A stretch of DNA of 64,000 nucleotides from a bacterium (GTDB lineage: Bacteria > SM23-81 > DAOVCL01). Both the position numbers and the translations under genes were made by a program. The DNA is taken from assembly GCA_029932675.1 (NCBI GenBank), contig JAOZPP010000003.1, positions 10,079 to 74,078 on the forward strand. The letters are read 5' to 3'. This document shows, in pieces, positions 1 to 8,391 of this stretch (positions are counted from its first letter, which is position 1; every line of letters starts with the position of its first letter). The notes under the pieces were generated by a model. It made no database searches. It was not told the origin of the DNA and worked only from the letters and a program-made list of their open reading frames with translations.

Positions 1-501
1 TGGTGGACCCCTTATCAGAGGATTGGCCTTTACCTTTTCAAGGGGCTGGTAGGCACGGCCCTCAACCTTCCCCAGCTTACTCAGGTGGAGAAGGGGAAAA
101 GACAGAGGGATGTGAGCTTAAGCGTTGGTTGGGTCGATAGTCAGGGATACATTCACTCTGGCATCCGCCCTCTTCCTTACCTTTATCACCCCCCCTCTCA
201 TATATTTCTCATCCTTGCCCTTACCCCTTCAGGCTCTTCTTATTATGAAGAGCTGCGAGCGATTATTCCTCCCCAGAGGCTCCTCTCCCTTTCCCCCCTC
301 TCCAGTTCTGACTATTTCCAAATGGCGGAGAGGCTTATCGAGCTTTATAGTCATGCCTTTCCCTCATTCCAACCAGGGGGGGAAGTAAAGTCCATCTTAA
401 CCAGAAATTTGAGGGAGAAGAGGGTGAGGATGTTTATCAGAGAGGCGGTAGAGAGGATGGACCATATCCGCTACTACCAATATGAATCCCCAGGAAGCTG
501 A
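1..501 (+). CDS. C-terminal fragment of an unknown protein. Its frame is open from the window edge, and it overlaps the start of the downstream helicase by 20 nt.
   Basis: Frame 1 is open from nt 1 with no stop until 501. The listed Met-start ORF 85..501 is an internal Met of this longer frame. No recognisable motif. The end overlaps the helicase start at 482, which suggests translational coupling. Confidence 0.35.
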   Translation, partial: WWTPYQRIGLYLFKGLVGTALNLPQLTQVEKGKRQRDVSLSVGWVDSQGYIHSGIRPLPYLYHPPSHIFLILALTPSGSSYYEELRAIIPPQRLLSLSPLSSSDYFQMAERLIELYSHAFPSFQPGGEVKSILTRNLREKRVRMFIREAVERMDHIRYYQYESPGS

Positions 502-2470
502 TATTGAGATCAGAAAACGGTTGGCCAATTCTTGGAGGGCCTTCTTCTCTCCATTTCCTCATCTCTTGCCCATTCAAAGGTTAACTATTCCCAAGGTTTT
601 GCAGGGCCGAAATTTGGTGATCTCCTCTCCCGCAGCAACTGGGAAGACAGAGGCCGTGATGGGCCCATTGGCCGAGCTTCTCATCAGGGAGGGGTGGAGG
701 GGTTTAAGTATCCTCTATGTCTCCCCCACAAGGGCATTGGTCAACGATCTCTATAAGAGATTAAAAGGCCCCCTGGAGGGGTTAAGAATTGGCCTAGCCA
801 GAAAGACTATGGATCATCGGGAATTTAACCCCCAAAACCCGGCCTCTGTCTTAGTTACTACCCCAGAGTCCTTCGACTCCCTTATCTGTCGGGCTCCCCA
901 GGTCTTTGAGTCCATAAAGGCTGTTTGTCTGGATGAGATTCATCTCTTGGATGGAACCTATCGAGGCGATCAGTTGCGGGTTCTCCTTCAGAGGTTAAGG
1001 CTTTTGAGGAGGGAGCCTATTCGGTTTTACGCCCTTTCGGCAACGATATCTGATCCCATTTCCCTGGGAGAGAGGTATTTCTTCCCTTTTGAGGTTGTTC
1101 AAGCCAAAGGGAGGCGAAGGATCTACCATACCCTCCTTCCCTTTGATGATAAGTTAGAGGAGCTTATCAACCGGTTTCGTATCCAGAAAATCAAGAAGGC
1201 GCTTTTCTTCTGCAATACAAGGAAGGAGGTAGAGAGAGTAGCCCTCCTCTTAAAGAGGGCCTGGGAATATCCAGAGAGGGTCTGGGTGCACCATGCCAGC
1301 CTCAGCAGGAGAGAGAGGGAGGTGGTGGAGAGGGAGATGAATCGGGAGAAGGTGGGGATTTGTGTGGCTACGATGACCCTTGAGCTGGGGGTAGATATAG
1401 GTGATATCGAAGCAGTTGTGCTTGTCTCCCCACCCCCTTCGATGAATGCCCTTTTGCAAAGATTAGGAAGGGGAAATAGGAGGAGTGGCGGGTTGATTGC
1501 TTACGGCCTGTACAGAAATGGGTGGGAAGAGACCATCTTTGATCTTCTCTTCGAACTTGCCAAAATAGGGTGGATGGAGGAGGAAGAGCCTCCCCTTCAC
1601 CTCTCGGTTGTAGTTCAACAGATGCTCTCCTACCTCTACCAGAAGAGGAGGATCGGAGCCACAGCGGAGGCCATTCAGAGGGTTCTAATCCCCTTAGGTT
1701 TAGAGCTTACCGATGTCCTGGAACTTCTTCTCCACCTGGAGAGGATTGGGTTTGTTCAATCACAGGGTGGGGGAGTATATTGGCTTGGTCCCAAGGCAGA
1801 GGCTATGGCCGAGAGGGGGTTCATCCATTCTAATATACCTAAGAGCAGGGGAAGCTATCAGGTCTTTGACCTTACATCTGGAAGGCAGATTGGTACCATT
1901 GAGACGGTTAGCCCCCAGTTTGTCCTCCAGGGTAGGGGGTGGGGGGTGGAGAGGAAAGATGGGGTGAAGTTATTCGTCCGTCCTTTGGGCCATAGAAACG
2001 AGATGGTAAGGGGGGTATTCTGTGGAGGGGGGGGGAGGGTTTGGGGGCACAGCTTAGGGGCGAGGCTGAAGAGAAAAGTCTTTGTCGGGGCAAAAGAGGA
2101 CGATCTCCCCTTCTGTTCGGCCCTTGGGGTAACCAAGGTCTATCATTTCTTGGGGCCTATTTGGGGGGAGCTTTGGGCCCAGTACATCAGCTTGATTAAG
2201 GGGATAAATGCGGTGGATCAAGGAGGGGTAATGATGAGCATTGAGGGGGACCCTCAATTAGAGGACCTCCTCTGGCTTTCTGACGAAGGGGTGACAGAGG
2301 TACTGGAGGGGATGAGGGGGATATTGCTCGATCAGCTCAACTTAGGTCTATTCTTCCGTTATCTTCCCCCTCACTTCCAAGATAAGGCTCTGAGGGAGGC
2401 CCTGGGAATTGAGCAGATGGTTGATTATCTGGAAGGGTTCAATCCCCTTCTAATAGAAGAATGTCCTTGA
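482..2470 (+). CDS. Superfamily-2 DExH-box helicase of the Lhr/Ski2/Hel308 type, with a roughly 300-aa C-terminal extension of unknown function
   Basis: Motif I is SPAATGKTEA. Motif Ia is YVSPTRALVNDL. Motif II is CLDEIHLL (DEIH). Motif III is ALSATI. Motifs V and VI are VATMTLELGVDIGD and QRLGRGNRR. Confidence 0.8.
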   Translation: MNPQEADIEIRKRLANSWRAFFSPFPHLLPIQRLTIPKVLQGRNLVISSPAATGKTEAVMGPLAELLIREGWRGLSILYVSPTRALVNDLYKRLKGPLEGLRIGLARKTMDHREFNPQNPASVLVTTPESFDSLICRAPQVFESIKAVCLDEIHLLDGTYRGDQLRVLLQRLRLLRREPIRFYALSATISDPISLGERYFFPFEVVQAKGRRRIYHTLLPFDDKLEELINRFRIQKIKKALFFCNTRKEVERVALLLKRAWEYPERVWVHHASLSRREREVVEREMNREKVGICVATMTLELGVDIGDIEAVVLVSPPPSMNALLQRLGRGNRRSGGLIAYGLYRNGWEETIFDLLFELAKIGWMEEEEPPLHLSVVVQQMLSYLYQKRRIGATAEAIQRVLIPLGLELTDVLELLLHLERIGFVQSQGGGVYWLGPKAEAMAERGFIHSNIPKSRGSYQVFDLTSGRQIGTIETVSPQFVLQGRGWGVERKDGVKLFVRPLGHRNEMVRGVFCGGGGRVWGHSLGARLKRKVFVGAKEDDLPFCSALGVTKVYHFLGPIWGELWAQYISLIKGINAVDQGGVMMSIEGDPQLEDLLWLSDEGVTEVLEGMRGILLDQLNLGLFFRYLPPHFQDKALREALGIEQMVDYLEGFNPLLIEECP

Positions 2471-2602
2471 CAGGGAGGGTAAAATTTCATTATAATAGAG
2501 GCAACTGCTACAACATATGGGGGAGGCATCTCCCGATGCCGATCAATAATGTGCTGTTAGGAGTTACCTCTTCCGCCAGGAATCCCGTCGGAACGGGGCT
2601 GA

Positions 2603-2643
2603 CAGCTCCTATCCGAGCCGTCAGAACCCCCGATTCTGACGGG
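2603..2643. repeat. Copy 1 of a roughly 35-nt palindromic element (tcct..CCGAGCCGTCAGAACCC..GATTCTGACGG), with a 9-bp stem hairpin. A second small hairpin (CCCGTcggaACGGG) lies at 2585-2599.
   Basis: Direct reading: CCGTCAGAA / TTCTGACGG are reverse complements. It shares an exact 17-mer with the copy at 3287-3325. Confidence 0.7.
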
Positions 2644-2761
2644 AAAAAGGGAAGGGTAGTAGAAGGCAAGGAACCGCAGATTAACGCAGAGTTACGCGGA
2701 TATGTGGTGGTAGGGTTCTGTCCTGACGGACTTGGAAATTAACAATTAAAGAGGGGTTACG

Positions 2762-2986
2762 ATGTTGGTAAAAATGGAAGCTTACTTTGATGGGGAATAT
2801 TGGTGTGCAAGAGGGATTGGGGAGGATATTTTCACTCAAGGGGAAAGCCTTGACGAACTGGTGGAGAATATAAAGGAGGCTGTTTCTCTTCACTTTGAGG
2901 AGGAACTTGATAAAGGTAGCTTGCTCAACATTTTAATCTTGTCCGAGACGGAGGTAAGAGGTGTCGCCAAAGTCGCCACAGGTTAG
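2762..2986 (+). CDS. hicB: HicB-family antitoxin (UPF0150-type, type II toxin-antitoxin)
   Basis: A 74-aa protein with the HicB-like N-terminal fold signature (YFDGEYWCARGIGEDIFTQGESLDELVENIKEAVSLHFEE). It is immediately followed by, and overlaps, hicA. Confidence 0.7.
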   Translation: MLVKMEAYFDGEYWCARGIGEDIFTQGESLDELVENIKEAVSLHFEEELDKGSLLNILILSETEVRGVAKVATG

Positions 2987-3212
2987 TGGAAAAAACCTGG
3001 TAAGGCTTTTGGAAAATATGGGCTATGTGGTTATTAGGCAAAAAGGAAGTCACATACGTCTCAGGAAAAAGACAAGAGCAGGTGAACACAATATAACAGT
3101 TCCAGCACATAAGATCATTGCAAAGGGCACACTGAACGACATCATATCGAAGGTCAGTCTATGGAATGGCGTTTCTAAAGAGAGCCTTTTCGAGAAATTA
3201 AAGAAAGGATGA
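2961..3212 (+). CDS. hicA: HicA-family mRNA interferase toxin (YcfA-like)
   Basis: GKNLVRLLENMGYVVIRQKGSHIRLRKK...ITVPAHK..IAKGTLNDIISK matches the HicA conserved core (KGSH). It has a GTG start that overlaps the hicB stop. Confidence 0.75.
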   Translation: MSPKSPQVSGKNLVRLLENMGYVVIRQKGSHIRLRKKTRAGEHNITVPAHKIIAKGTLNDIISKVSLWNGVSKESLFEKLKKG

Positions 3213-3255
3213 ACTCTTTGGAACCTTCAAAATCCTTATCTGCCAGATGGGCGAG

Positions 3256-3279
3256 CGGTCAGGTCCCCTGATCTGACCG
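3256..3279. repeat. Hairpin element CGGTCAGgtcccctgatCTGACCG. It is a member of the GTCAG/CTGAC stem-loop family and is the reverse-orientation homolog of the element at 38353-38378.
   Basis: A 7-bp perfect stem. Its reverse complement is near-identical to the 38353 element, with compensatory stem changes. Confidence 0.65.
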
Positions 3280-3286
3280 TGTAGGT

Positions 3287-3325
3287 GGCATCCTCGGCCG
3301 AGCCGTCAGAACCCAGATTCTGACG
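3287..3325. repeat. Copy 2 of the roughly 35-nt palindromic element (atcctcggCCGAGCCGTCAGAACCCaGATTCTGACGcc). It is enclosed by a longer inverted repeat, AGGTGGCA (3283-3290) / TGCCACCT (3349-3356).
   Basis: Exact 17-mer CCGAGCCGTCAGAACCC shared with copy 1, and an 8-bp stem. Confidence 0.7.
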
Positions 3326-3396
3326 CCAAGGTGACGGAAGAAGGCTTCTGCCACCTCAAGGGAGGAAATTGGGGCGGATGAAAAAATAGGAAGTGT

Positions 3397-3432
3397 CCCT
3401 ATTTTCCCTCCTATTTTCCCTATTTTCCCTAG
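3397..3432. repeat. Three tandem direct repeats of CCTATTTTCCCT, sitting upstream of the FG-GAP gene
   Basis: The sequence reads ccctattttccct cctattttccct attttccct. A TTGACC -35-like hexamer lies about 25 nt downstream. This is a candidate regulator-binding iteron. Confidence 0.5.
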
Positions 3433-3503
3433 GGCAAGAACCCGAGGCATAGAAGAACCTTGACCTCTGTTAGGATGAAGGGAGGAAGCAAATCTTAGGG
3501 GGG

Positions 3504-5084
3504 GTGACAAGTATGTGGGTAAGGGTGAAGATTTTAATTGAGGCCTCTTTCTTGGTTCTGATAGTAGGGGTAGTTGTCTTAGGTCAGGTGGCTGAACTCC
3601 CCGTGAGGAGGGAATGGGGCATAAGGATGAGCGAATCGGTCCGGAGGATTGAGATGGCAGATATCGATGGGGACGGGATTGATGAGATCCTTGTTGGCAC
3701 CGGCAATGACTCCGGTTTTGTCTATGTCCTTAATGGGATCAACCACGAGACGGAGTGGAAAAGCCCAGGATTGATGGGAAGGGTTCTCTCCATTGGGGTA
3801 GGGGATGCAGACGGCGATGGCACGAAGGAAATCATCGTTGGGACAGGGCAGGGTGTAAGCGATAGTGGAAATGTATATGTTTTCGACGGAGTAAGTCACG
3901 CATTGAAGTGGCACAGGGGTGGATTAGATGAACAGGTCTATAGTGTCGCAATTGGCGATTATGATAAGGATAATAGCATAGAGATATTACTGGGAACTTA
4001 TTGGAATTATCATTGGTTAGCAGAATACCTGTTTCTGCATAGGGGAGGGCATCTATTTGCTTTCGACGGTCGAACCCACCACCAAGAACTTTCTGTCTCA
4101 CCAAATGTTGTAAAGAGAATGAAAATTTTGGATGTTAACGGAGATTTGATTGATGAAGTGGTCACCGGCGAGAGTTATTTAGTGATAATTGACGAACCGC
4201 ATTCCCATTATATAGAAAGTCAAGTCAGTGTCTCAACAAGAAGAGATTCCATTGAGTTGGCAAGTAGAGATTTATTCTTCTACGGATTTACTCCATACCA
4301 AGAACCTATCCCCCATTTTTTAGAGATGGCTGTTGGCGATTGTGACAGCCAACTTGGCAAGGAAGTTATTTGCAGCTATGTAATCTACCGGTGGCCTTAT
4401 TATAATGAACAGATAGAAGGTTTGAAAGTGCTGGATGGGGCTTCTCTCAATCTAAAATGGAGTAGAGTTGATACCGCAGGTCCACCAAATTCATATCCAA
4501 ACCCCATAAATGGCTTAGCGGTTGATGACTTGAACGGAGATGGCATAAATGATATAGTTGCGGCTTATTCAGAGGGGTGGATTAGGGTGATTGATGGGGT
4601 CACTTCAGCGGACTCAGCGATTAGTCGGCAGTTGATTCCAATCTCCCATTTTGCTTACGGGGATGTGGATGAAGATGAGGAGTCTGAGGCCTGTATCAGT
4701 GATGGGGATAGTTTAATCTTATTGGAAGTGCACCCATTTACCGCGGTTAGGGACAAGCATCAAAACCCTTCCAGCATCCCTATAGATCTTGAGCTCTCCC
4801 AGAACTGGCCCAATCCATTCAACTCAACTACAGCTATCAATTATCAGTTGTCAGCGGTAAGTGATCAGCGGTCAGCAGTCAGCTTAAAGATCTACAACAT
4901 CTTGGGGCAGGTGGTAAGGAAGCTGGTGAATGAGGAGCAGGTTCCAGGCTACTACTCGGTCCGCTGGGATGGGAAGGACAGCGGAGGCAACCCAGTGGCC
5001 AGTGGGGTATACTTTTGTAGGTTGCAGGTGTTAGGTGATAGGTTAAAGGTAGTAAAGACGAGGAAAATGATCTTGTTGAGATAG
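3504..5084 (+). CDS. Secreted FG-GAP-repeat (integrin-alpha-like beta-propeller) protein with a T9SS type-A C-terminal sorting domain
   Basis: N-terminal hydrophobic signal. Six or more DxDGDG..E.LVGT FG-GAP blades. The C-terminus reads LSQNWPNPFNSTTAINYQL...LKIYNILGQVVRKL...WDGKDSGGNPVASGVYFCRL...KMILLR, which is the TIGR04183 Por_Secre_tail pattern. Confidence 0.8.
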   Translation: MTSMWVRVKILIEASFLVLIVGVVVLGQVAELPVRREWGIRMSESVRRIEMADIDGDGIDEILVGTGNDSGFVYVLNGINHETEWKSPGLMGRVLSIGVGDADGDGTKEIIVGTGQGVSDSGNVYVFDGVSHALKWHRGGLDEQVYSVAIGDYDKDNSIEILLGTYWNYHWLAEYLFLHRGGHLFAFDGRTHHQELSVSPNVVKRMKILDVNGDLIDEVVTGESYLVIIDEPHSHYIESQVSVSTRRDSIELASRDLFFYGFTPYQEPIPHFLEMAVGDCDSQLGKEVICSYVIYRWPYYNEQIEGLKVLDGASLNLKWSRVDTAGPPNSYPNPINGLAVDDLNGDGINDIVAAYSEGWIRVIDGVTSADSAISRQLIPISHFAYGDVDEDEESEACISDGDSLILLEVHPFTAVRDKHQNPSSIPIDLELSQNWPNPFNSTTAINYQLSAVSDQRSAVSLKIYNILGQVVRKLVNEEQVPGYYSVRWDGKDSGGNPVASGVYFCRLQVLGDRLKVVKTRKMILLR

Positions 5085-5295
5085 AACATGGAGGCGAGAG
5101 ACGAAAGTAGCAGATGAGGAGATGGAAGGGGGAAATGGCGAAGTCCGAAAACCGAGAAATATAGGGCTGAAAGCCGGAACGAAAGGCGAAAAGCGGAAAT
5201 TGAGAAGATAGAAAGCGGCAAATGCCAAATATCGACGGCCGATGGCTAACAACCGACCCCCGTAAACTGACCTTAACAGAGCAAAGGAGGAATTT

Positions 5296-5754
5296 ATGGC
5301 TTTAGTGGAAGCGAAGAGAGAGGGTGACCTGATGGCGGACTCCCGCCATCTGCAGGAGGAGATGGATCTCCTCTTCAGCCATTTCTTCGAGCTAAGGTAC
5401 CCACCGATGTTGATCTCCGAGAGACTATGGAGACCACCGATGGATGTCTATGAGACAGATAGTGAAATTCTCATCGTTATAGAAATAGCTGGCATGAGGA
5501 ATGAGGACTTCAACATCACCGTTAAGGACGAGGTCCTAACCATCCAAGGGCATAGGCTAATGAAAGAGGAGCAACGGAAGGCCTATTATAGGAATATGGA
5601 GATCAACTTTGGCCCCTTTGAAAGGAATGTCTACCTTCCTGAATCGGCCAATACCAATGACATCTCGGCTACCTATCGTGATGGTTTTTTGGTAATCAAG
5701 GTAGGAAAGGGACCGAGAGAACTTCCCCAGGAGTTAACAATCAAGATAGAATAG
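5296..5754 (+). CDS. Hsp20/alpha-crystallin family small heat-shock protein
   Basis: Alpha-crystallin domain (MDVYETDSEILIVIEIAGM...GFLVIKV). It lies 10 nt upstream of lon. Confidence 0.9.
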   Translation: MALVEAKREGDLMADSRHLQEEMDLLFSHFFELRYPPMLISERLWRPPMDVYETDSEILIVIEIAGMRNEDFNITVKDEVLTIQGHRLMKEEQRKAYYRNMEINFGPFERNVYLPESANTNDISATYRDGFLVIKVGKGPRELPQELTIKIE

Positions 5755-5764
5755 GACAGAAGAA

Positions 5765-8131
5765 ATGGAACCGACTAAGCAAAAAGATATTAAGCTTCCC
5801 AAGGAACTTTCCATCTTGCCTACCAAAGGCATAGTAGTCTTCCCCTATCTGATCGCTCCCTTGGTGGTGACCGATAAGGACTATGCCAAGATGATTGATG
5901 AAGTCCTGGCCGGGGACAAGATGATCGGCCTCTTCGCCCAGAAGGACTCCCGGGTGGAGAAACCAGGGATAGAGGACATCTACCTCACCGGTTGTGTGGG
6001 CACGATTATCAAGCTCCTTAGATTCCCAGACAATAGCATCCGGTTCTTAGTGCAGGGGTTGGCCAGGATTAGGATTAAGAAGGTAGTAAAGGCAAGGCCA
6101 TATATCGTGGCGCGGGTGGAGAAGGTGGAGGAGAAGAGGGAGGCAAGCATTGAAATTGAGGCCTTGAAGAGAAATATCCTCGTTCTCTTTGAAAAGGTAG
6201 TTTCATTGGCTCCTTACCTTCCCGATGACCTTCAGGTCTCAGCGATGAATATAGAAGATCCGGGGAGGTTGGCAGATATGATTGCCACCAACCTTAACTT
6301 AAACATAGCGCAGAAGGAGGAGATACTGGAGGCCTCAGACCTCAAGTTTAGATTAGAGAGGCTCACCCAATTCCTCAATAAGGAGCTAGAGGTTTTGGAG
6401 CTCTCCAAGAAGATCCAAAAGGAAGCCGCTTCTGAGATGGGGGAGATTCAGAGGAAGTATATCCTCCGGGAACAGCTCAAGGCCATTCAGAGGGAGCTCG
6501 GAGAGGGAGATGCGGTTACTATGGAGGTGGAGGAGCTAAAGAGGAGGATCAAAGAGGCGCAGATGCCGCCTCAGGCCTTGGAGGCGGCTCAGAAGGAACT
6601 GGACAGGCTATCCAAGATGAACCCGGCAGCGGCTGAATATACTGTCTCCCGCACCTATTTAGATTGGCTAGTCTCCTTACCCTGGCAGAGATCCACCGAT
6701 GATCTGTTGGATATAAAGAGGGCGAGGAAGATCTTGGATGAGGACCATTACGACTTAGATCAAGTGAAGGAGAGGATACTTGAATATTTGGCCGTAAGGA
6801 AACTCAAGGAAGATATGAAAGGTCCCATTCTCTGTTTTGTGGGGCCCCCCGGAGTGGGGAAGACCTCCTTGGGGAGGTCCATAGCGCGGGCTATGGGGCG
6901 GAAGTTTTTGCGTATCTCCTTAGGGGGAATGAGGGACGAAGCAGAGATTCGCGGACATCGCCGTACCTATGTGGGAGCGCTTCCGGGGAGGATAATCCAG
7001 GGTTTAAAACAGGCCGGATCGAACAACCCTGTATTTATGCTGGATGAGGTGGACAAGATAGGCCAAGATTTTCGTGGTGATCCGGCATCTGCCCTCTTAG
7101 AGGTATTGGACCCGGAGCAGAACAACACCTTCTCCGATCACTACCTTGATGTTCCTTTCGACCTCTCTAAAGTGATGTTTATCACCACCGCCAATGTTCT
7201 GGACCCAATTCCTGATGTGCTCCTCGACAGGATGGAGGTGATTAGGATACCTGGTTATACAGATCGAGAGAAGCTAATGATCGCCAAGAGGTATCTCATC
7301 CCCAAGGAACTTTCCAATCATGGCTTGGACTCCGGTCAGCTTAAGTTTACAGACAGGGCCCTGATGAACATCATAAATGGTTATACCAAAGAGTCTGGAC
7401 TGAGAAATTTAGAACGAGAGATTGCTACTGTCTGTCGGAAGGTGGCCAAAGAGGTGGTGGAAAAGGGGGAAAAGGGTAAGGTTGTAGTGAGGACAAAGGA
7501 CCTCCATGGGTATCTGGGACCAGTGAAGTTTATCTCTGAGGAGGTGGAGAGAATTGACCGGGTGGGAGTGGCACCTGCCCTTGCTTGGACCAGAACTGGT
7601 GGGGAGGTAATGTTTGTTGAGGCTACGAAGATGAAGGGGAACAAGTCGTTAACCCTGACCGGGCATATGGGGGAGGTGATGAAGGAATCGGCTCAGGCTG
7701 CCCTAAGCTATATTAGATCTAAGGCTCAGGATTTGGGCATATCTGAGGATTTTTACGATAAGTTGGATATCCACATCCATGTCCCAGCCGGGGCTATCCC
7801 CAAAGATGGCCCTTCTGCGGGGATAACCATAGCCACTGCATTGGCCTCCTTGCTTACCGGAAGAAAGGTTAAGCCCAGATTGGCTATGACTGGGGAGATA
7901 ACCCTGAGGGGGGAGGTCTTGCCCATTGGCGGATTAAAGGAGAAGACCCTGGCTGCCCATCGCTCAGGGGTGAGGACGGTTATTCTGCCCAAAAAGAACG
8001 AGAAAGATTTAGAGGAGATTCCTGAGGAGATCAGGAAGGATGTGAAGTTCATCTTTGTGGAGAATGTAGATGAGGTGTTGGAGAACGCTCTGAGTGATAA
8101 GCGAAAGCTTGCTCTCTCCAAGGGGAACTGA
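5765..8131 (+). CDS. lon: ATP-dependent protease Lon
   Basis: Lon N-terminal domain, the AAA+ Walker A motif GPPGVGKTS, and the catalytic motif PKDGPSAGITIATAL with the Ser-Lys dyad. Confidence 0.95.
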   Translation: MEPTKQKDIKLPKELSILPTKGIVVFPYLIAPLVVTDKDYAKMIDEVLAGDKMIGLFAQKDSRVEKPGIEDIYLTGCVGTIIKLLRFPDNSIRFLVQGLARIRIKKVVKARPYIVARVEKVEEKREASIEIEALKRNILVLFEKVVSLAPYLPDDLQVSAMNIEDPGRLADMIATNLNLNIAQKEEILEASDLKFRLERLTQFLNKELEVLELSKKIQKEAASEMGEIQRKYILREQLKAIQRELGEGDAVTMEVEELKRRIKEAQMPPQALEAAQKELDRLSKMNPAAAEYTVSRTYLDWLVSLPWQRSTDDLLDIKRARKILDEDHYDLDQVKERILEYLAVRKLKEDMKGPILCFVGPPGVGKTSLGRSIARAMGRKFLRISLGGMRDEAEIRGHRRTYVGALPGRIIQGLKQAGSNNPVFMLDEVDKIGQDFRGDPASALLEVLDPEQNNTFSDHYLDVPFDLSKVMFITTANVLDPIPDVLLDRMEVIRIPGYTDREKLMIAKRYLIPKELSNHGLDSGQLKFTDRALMNIINGYTKESGLRNLEREIATVCRKVAKEVVEKGEKGKVVVRTKDLHGYLGPVKFISEEVERIDRVGVAPALAWTRTGGEVMFVEATKMKGNKSLTLTGHMGEVMKESAQAALSYIRSKAQDLGISEDFYDKLDIHIHVPAGAIPKDGPSAGITIATALASLLTGRKVKPRLAMTGEITLRGEVLPIGGLKEKTLAAHRSGVRTVILPKKNEKDLEEIPEEIRKDVKFIFVENVDEVLENALSDKRKLALSKGN

Positions 8132-8244
8132 GAATGGGTAGGCCCGAATTATTCATCCAGCGCGAATGATCACAGTCCAGCGAAGCCTGGACCGAATAGT
8201 TTCACCGCAGAGAAGCAGAGTTTAAAGATTTTACTGCTCGCTAA

Positions 8245-8282
8245 ATAGATTATGGGTCATTGCGAACGAGAAGTGAAGCAAT
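8245..8282. repeat. Copy A of the second short repeat, tCATTGCgaacgagaagtgaaGCAATC, a hairpin with a 5-bp stem
   Basis: Similar to the 41654-41682 copy. An upstream TTATTCAT word is also shared between the two copies. Confidence 0.4.
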
Positions 8283-8391
8283 CTCTAAGGGATTGTTTCA
8301 TCCCGATTTCATCGGGATGTGACGGGATCATAGCCCACGTCAACATGGTTACCATCCACCATATAGGGCTTAAAAAGGGGAGGAGGATCAT

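Noticed and set aside
85-501. Met-start 138-aa ORF
   Set aside because: The frame is open from nt 1. The Met at 85 is probably internal to a longer gene truncated by the window, so it is reported as a partial CDS instead.
2461-2742. 93-aa ORF between the helicase and hicB
   Set aside because: It spans the palindromic repeat element and hairpins. It has no motif, and its composition is dictated by the repeats. I treat the region as non-coding.
5230-5295. CIRCE/HrcA operator or sigma-54 promoter upstream of hsp20
   Set aside because: No TTAGCACTC-N9-GAGTGCTAA and no TGGCAC-N5-TTGC match was found.
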